This document shows positions 62,934-64,000 of a stretch of 64,000 bases of DNA, in pieces; within the stretch, counting starts at the first letter, position 1; the number at the start of each line of letters is the position of its first letter. The stretch comes from Podarcis melisellensis. Its lineage: Eukaryota. The stretch lies in assembly GCA_964234715.1 (NCBI GenBank), contig OZ174288.1; one strand, written 5' to 3'. The notes below the pieces were generated by a model that was given only the letters and a program-made list of their open reading frames with translations, did no database searches and had not been told where the DNA came from. The translations under genes were made by a program, and so were the position numbers.

Positions 62934-64000
62934 GTGAGGAAAGGGCAGCAGGGCCTCTGAACCCCTGCTTCTAAAGTGGGTTTTGGATGTAATTTCCATT
63001 TAGGAAGGACGCACCATCCTTTCAAAGCGCATGGCTTCCCCCCAAAGAATCCTGGGAACTGTAGTTTAACCCTCACAGAGCTACGGTTCCCAGCACCCTT
63101 GTTCCCAGAATTCTTTAGGGGGAGCCATGTGCTTTAAATATCTTGTGTGGGAAACGCAGGGGGTTGGCATTAATGTAGGTTTCCCCAAAATGTTTTTGCC
63201 TTAAGCCAGGGGGAGGGACTTTTTATCAGTTCAGAGGCAGCATCTTCTCGCAGGCAACCAGAGGCAAGAGAGGGCAGAGTAATGGGTGCGGCTCTTTTTG
63301 TGCCCTTGGCCCAACCAAACAAAAGGCAGGTGTTTCTACATACCCACAGCTCCATCCTCTTGAGGCAGGAAAATGCACTTGAGGGAGAGGGCCTGGGAAA
63401 AGCGTGACCAGGGGCCAGATAGAAATGCATTGAGGGCCACTCTGGGACTGAAGTTCTCCACCCATCTCTCAATCCATTCCCAGACTAGTGAAATTCCTAC
63501 ACCCCCCCCCCAAAGGATCTGTGGATCTCTTCCTCCAGCAAAAGGGCTTTCCCAGCCTTCTTCCCTTGACAGAAAACAGCCGTCTAGTTAGTTGTCAGAG
63601 AAATCTCTCTGTCTAAGGACCAACATGGGAAGGAAATGGGTTTCTTTCTCCAGATTTGGAAAGAAACGTGTCAACAAACCATTTTGCAGTTATTTATTTT
63701 TTAGTTGCCCTTTTTCCTCTTTGTATGTCTGTTCCATTTTCCCCCCTTGTGTGGTGCTGCTTGTTTGGCCCAGTAATTGTTTGCCAAAAAATAAAATAAA
63801 AGGATTGCTGCCGTCTGGGCCAAGATTCCTTCCAAAGAACAAAGATGAAAAGGCCAGCGGGGCTTTTTATCAAGCCAGACCAGAGATCGCTACGTGCAAA
63901 GGAACAGTTGGGTTGATGTTCTATTTTAAGACTTTTTCTCTTTCCCCCTGCCTTCCCCACCCACTTCTTTTCGTGCTCCCTTTCAACTCGGCTGCCTCCG

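Noticed and set aside
1-64000. CRISPR arrays, operons or prokaryotic defence systems
   Set aside because: Eukaryotic intron-exon structure; no repeat-spacer arrays or prokaryotic-style genes

Overview
Vertebrate genomic DNA from a squamate reptile, most likely a lacertid lizard, judged from its Sauria-SINE, RTE-BovB, L2, CR1 and Penelope repeat content. The one protein-coding gene I can support is the 5' part of TLE3 (Groucho/TLE co-repressor) on the + strand. It has 7 coding exons (ATG 33307 to 62933) covering the Q domain and GP region, and it continues past the window end. Upstream lie two CpG islands (about 27500-30300 and 31640-33620) and about 27 kb of gene-free DNA with TE remnants and repeat-free blocks that look like conserved enhancers. 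Almost every entry in the ORF track is spurious. The most interesting signals are: (1) clustered perfect RBPJ and TCF/LEF sites and three repeated E-box+CCAAT modules at the promoter; (2) a probable second upstream promoter and two uORFs; (3) several splice features around exons 6-7 that could make Q-domain-only or NMD-targeted isoforms, including a candidate poison exon; (4) a BovB insertion with twin-priming-type geometry. I found no evidence of a novel multi-gene system. All family assignments and motif counts are by eye and from recall, not from database searches.
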